Source: Halocafeteria seosinensis (taxonomy: Eukaryota). Taken from it: 20,000 nucleotides of DNA. The translations under genes were made by a program, and so were the position numbers. The stretch lies in the NCBI GenBank assembly GCA_001687465.1, contig LVLI01000338.1, positions 50,096-70,095 on the forward strand, given 5' to 3'. This document shows, piece by piece, positions 17,671 to 20,000 of this stretch. The first letter of the stretch is position 1; each line of letters starts with the position of its first letter. Below the pieces are notes generated by a model that saw only the letters and a program-made list of their open reading frames with translations, had not been told where the DNA came from and did not search any database.

Positions 17671-19446
17671 ATGACCGACCTCACCGACCTCATTGAACAA
17701 GCTACAAAGCCTCCTGAGGGATCCATCAGAGAGAAAGAACACAGCACAGGTGTTGGTACCTCCTCGACGTCGCAACAGCAGCATAGCCAAAAGAAGAAGA
17801 AGACAAAACAACAACATGAAACCTTGATTGAAGAAGATGACGACGAACATGTTGAGGCAGAGGCCGGGCCCTTGACGGCAGCCACAGAAGGAGGAGGAGA
17901 ATCCACGACAGAAGGGCAAGGAGACATTAATATGTCCGTTGTGGAGAACGCTGTCGACTGGCCGCGCTTCATGCAAATCGTGGATGAAGTGAGTCGCGAT
18001 GGAAGTGGTCACAGTGCCAAACAAGCCGCGACGGCTCTGCTGGATCACCTCAACGCACGAAATCCTGCACAAGTATATTTGGCCCTTTTATTGCTCGAGA
18101 CCTTGTGTAAGAATTGCGATGACCATTTATTCCATCATCTGGACAATAATGATTTCAAACGTAAAATGACGCGAATTGCCCGAGGAATGACGGGGGAAGC
18201 TCCAGCAAACAAAAGTCTGGAATTGGTTCAGCAACTGGCATTGGATCCGCATTTATCCAAGGCGTTCTCGACTTTCCGTTCGACGTATACGAATTTGAAG
18301 AAAGTCAATACTAAATTCCCTTATCAGGAGGAATCTCAAGTTCCTCCCATTTTCTCGCCAACTCCAGCCAGCGAACGAGGAGGCGGGGGCAACCAAAGAC
18401 CTCGACCAGAAGGAACCGGCAACAGCCAAACTGGTGAAGAACACGGAGGACAGCTAGAAGAACCTTCGGCACAGGAAGAAGCAGATATCCAAGCAGAGCG
18501 ATTTCGCAACCAATGGGAAATGGATAATGCCAAACTGCACAAAGACTTGGAAACGGTGCGAAAGTGGATCGTTGAAGCTGCTACACTCTTATCGACAGCG
18601 GAAATTGAAGGTTACAATGAATCAACACCGAAAACTGGCGCTTCTGATGATTTGCTAGGTTTGGAGGGCTCTCAGCAGTCTGGGTCGCAGAATGCATACA
18701 ATGTCTCGCGCGAAATACCACGGGTGGAAGCGTACAAGAAGATGTTCAATACTGCTCCACACTTGCAGAATGACGAGGACTTCCTAGACGTGATGGACCT
18801 TCTTCAGCAATCACATGAGCGACTGGAACAACTGGTTGACGCCGGTGCTGCAGGAGATGTTAAATCTGACGTTTTCGAACAGTGCTTGGCTGTTTTCGAA
18901 GCCTGCAACCGAGTCATTATTGCTGCGGACTTGTACACTGGTGTCATCGATCCGGAACAGGATCTTGAGAACCTTGATCAATCAAAGCTGGCCGCTGTTG
19001 ATGCGAGTGACCTGGATATCCGTGATCTAATGGAATTTAGCAATTCTGATTCCAGGCATGTAGTGACAACAAGAGGCCGTGAAACGAGCACTACGACTGC
19101 TAGGGGAGCAATTAGCAGGAACCAAAATCCACAAGCAGATGATACGGATGATCTAATGGGGAGCCCTGATGACTGGGCTATTGACAGTGGAGACAATCGG
19201 CAGAATGTTAGCTCCAGCCATCAGCAGGGAAGTGGCGACTCCTCCGTGATCAGAAACGCTTATACGCCGAATCAAACACCTGCGCAAACTAGGCAAGCTC
19301 AGTCCCAAAGGCCGACCGACAATGGAGAAGGCGACCTACTTAACCAAAATCAGCAAGACAGTGCCAATACCCCTGCAGAGAGTGTCGACAGTGATAACTT
19401 ACTAGCTGAAGTGGATCGAACCCTTGAAGAAGATCGATACGAGTAA
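17671..19446 (+). CDS. TOM1: TOM1/TOL-like VHS-GAT domain endosomal/ubiquitin sorting adaptor, 591 aa (family-level call)
   Basis: ATG 17671 sits in ccaaccATG context; the track's upstream extension is pyrimidine-rich, UTR-like sequence with a non-ATG start. VHS: LIEQAT...DWPRFMQIVDEV...AKQAATALLDHLNARNPAQVYLALLLLETLCKNC...KSLELVQ...TYTNLKKVNTKFP. GAT-like: KLHKDLETVR...FLDVMDLLQQSHERLEQLVD...VFEQCLAVFEACNRVI. The tail is acidic and disordered with DLL/DLM motifs. No GAE, FYVE or SH3 domain is seen. Confidence 0.85.
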   Translation: MTDLTDLIEQATKPPEGSIREKEHSTGVGTSSTSQQQHSQKKKKTKQQHETLIEEDDDEHVEAEAGPLTAATEGGGESTTEGQGDINMSVVENAVDWPRFMQIVDEVSRDGSGHSAKQAATALLDHLNARNPAQVYLALLLLETLCKNCDDHLFHHLDNNDFKRKMTRIARGMTGEAPANKSLELVQQLALDPHLSKAFSTFRSTYTNLKKVNTKFPYQEESQVPPIFSPTPASERGGGGNQRPRPEGTGNSQTGEEHGGQLEEPSAQEEADIQAERFRNQWEMDNAKLHKDLETVRKWIVEAATLLSTAEIEGYNESTPKTGASDDLLGLEGSQQSGSQNAYNVSREIPRVEAYKKMFNTAPHLQNDEDFLDVMDLLQQSHERLEQLVDAGAAGDVKSDVFEQCLAVFEACNRVIIAADLYTGVIDPEQDLENLDQSKLAAVDASDLDIRDLMEFSNSDSRHVVTTRGRETSTTTARGAISRNQNPQADDTDDLMGSPDDWAIDSGDNRQNVSSSHQQGSGDSSVIRNAYTPNQTPAQTRQAQSQRPTDNGEGDLLNQNQQDSANTPAESVDSDNLLAEVDRTLEEDRYE

Positions 19447-20000
19447 GCTTTGCAATAGTTAGTGTAGCCCGTATACTAGATTGACCGGAATACAATTGCA
19501 AATTGTTGCCAAATAGGTATGAGTCACATGATCACGTACCCTTAGCGAGGACTTCCACGGGTGAACACTATACCTCGCAGCAAATGCTTCGATGACGACG
19601 GCACTGGTTTTTGCTGAGATCTTGGCTAATTCGATTCTGTATTGATTTGGTAACTTAAGACGATGAAGCAAGCTCTTCCCAATCGTCAGAGAGGAAAAGG
19701 AACGACATCATCGAACCGGACGAAATAACTATTCTAGCACGGCACTAAATGCGGAGTAGACCGTAAAATTCATAAGTGTCCTAGGCAAACCGGGCTGGTC
19801 GCCCGGGGGAGTGAGCCGGGCCGAGGGACCGGAGTGAATGCCAGTCGGCCGACTCTGCCAGATTCTGCCGGTTGTATATGGGTTGTATTGCACTTGTATG
19901 GCGATCATAGAGAAACACATACTGTACATTCAGTGAGAAAATATACAACCTAAGAAGCCGTGGACATTACACTTACAGTGTCGTATTGTACAGTTGTACC

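Noticed and set aside
19729..20000. Possible minus-strand intron (GTAAGT...CAG, ~19976-19922) and terminal exon of a downstream gene
   Set aside because: The downstream frames examined give only short, unrecognisable peptides, and the window edge prevents evaluation.

Overview
Eukaryotic, intron-poor, protist-like genomic DNA with one clear GT-AG intron; the taxon cannot be determined from this window. There are four intact protein genes. (1) A 5'-truncated type-I membrane protein with a GLUG-type glycine-rich repeat solenoid, a Ser/Thr stalk, one TM and a long cytoplasmic tail (<1..2868, +). (2) A convergent paralog with the same solenoid but no C-terminal TM or tail (4335..~6119, -). (3) A spliced ~2269-aa gene (15843..9451 + 9368..8952, -) whose C-terminal part is a STRA6/RBP-receptor-family multipass domain, preceded by ~1350 aa of bacterial-type Ig-like repeats. 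(4) A TOM1/TOL-like VHS-GAT adaptor (17671..19446, +). Intergenic space holds decayed gene relics: a frameshifted copy of gene 1's TM and tail, an RNI-like LRR fragment, and a probable GLUG C-cap plus Cys-rich-repeat fragment. There are also two exact short tandem duplications. The best novelty candidates are the Ig-array-STRA6 fusion and the modular, rapidly turning-over GLUG surface-protein family. All family calls come from motif recognition by eye, not database searches.
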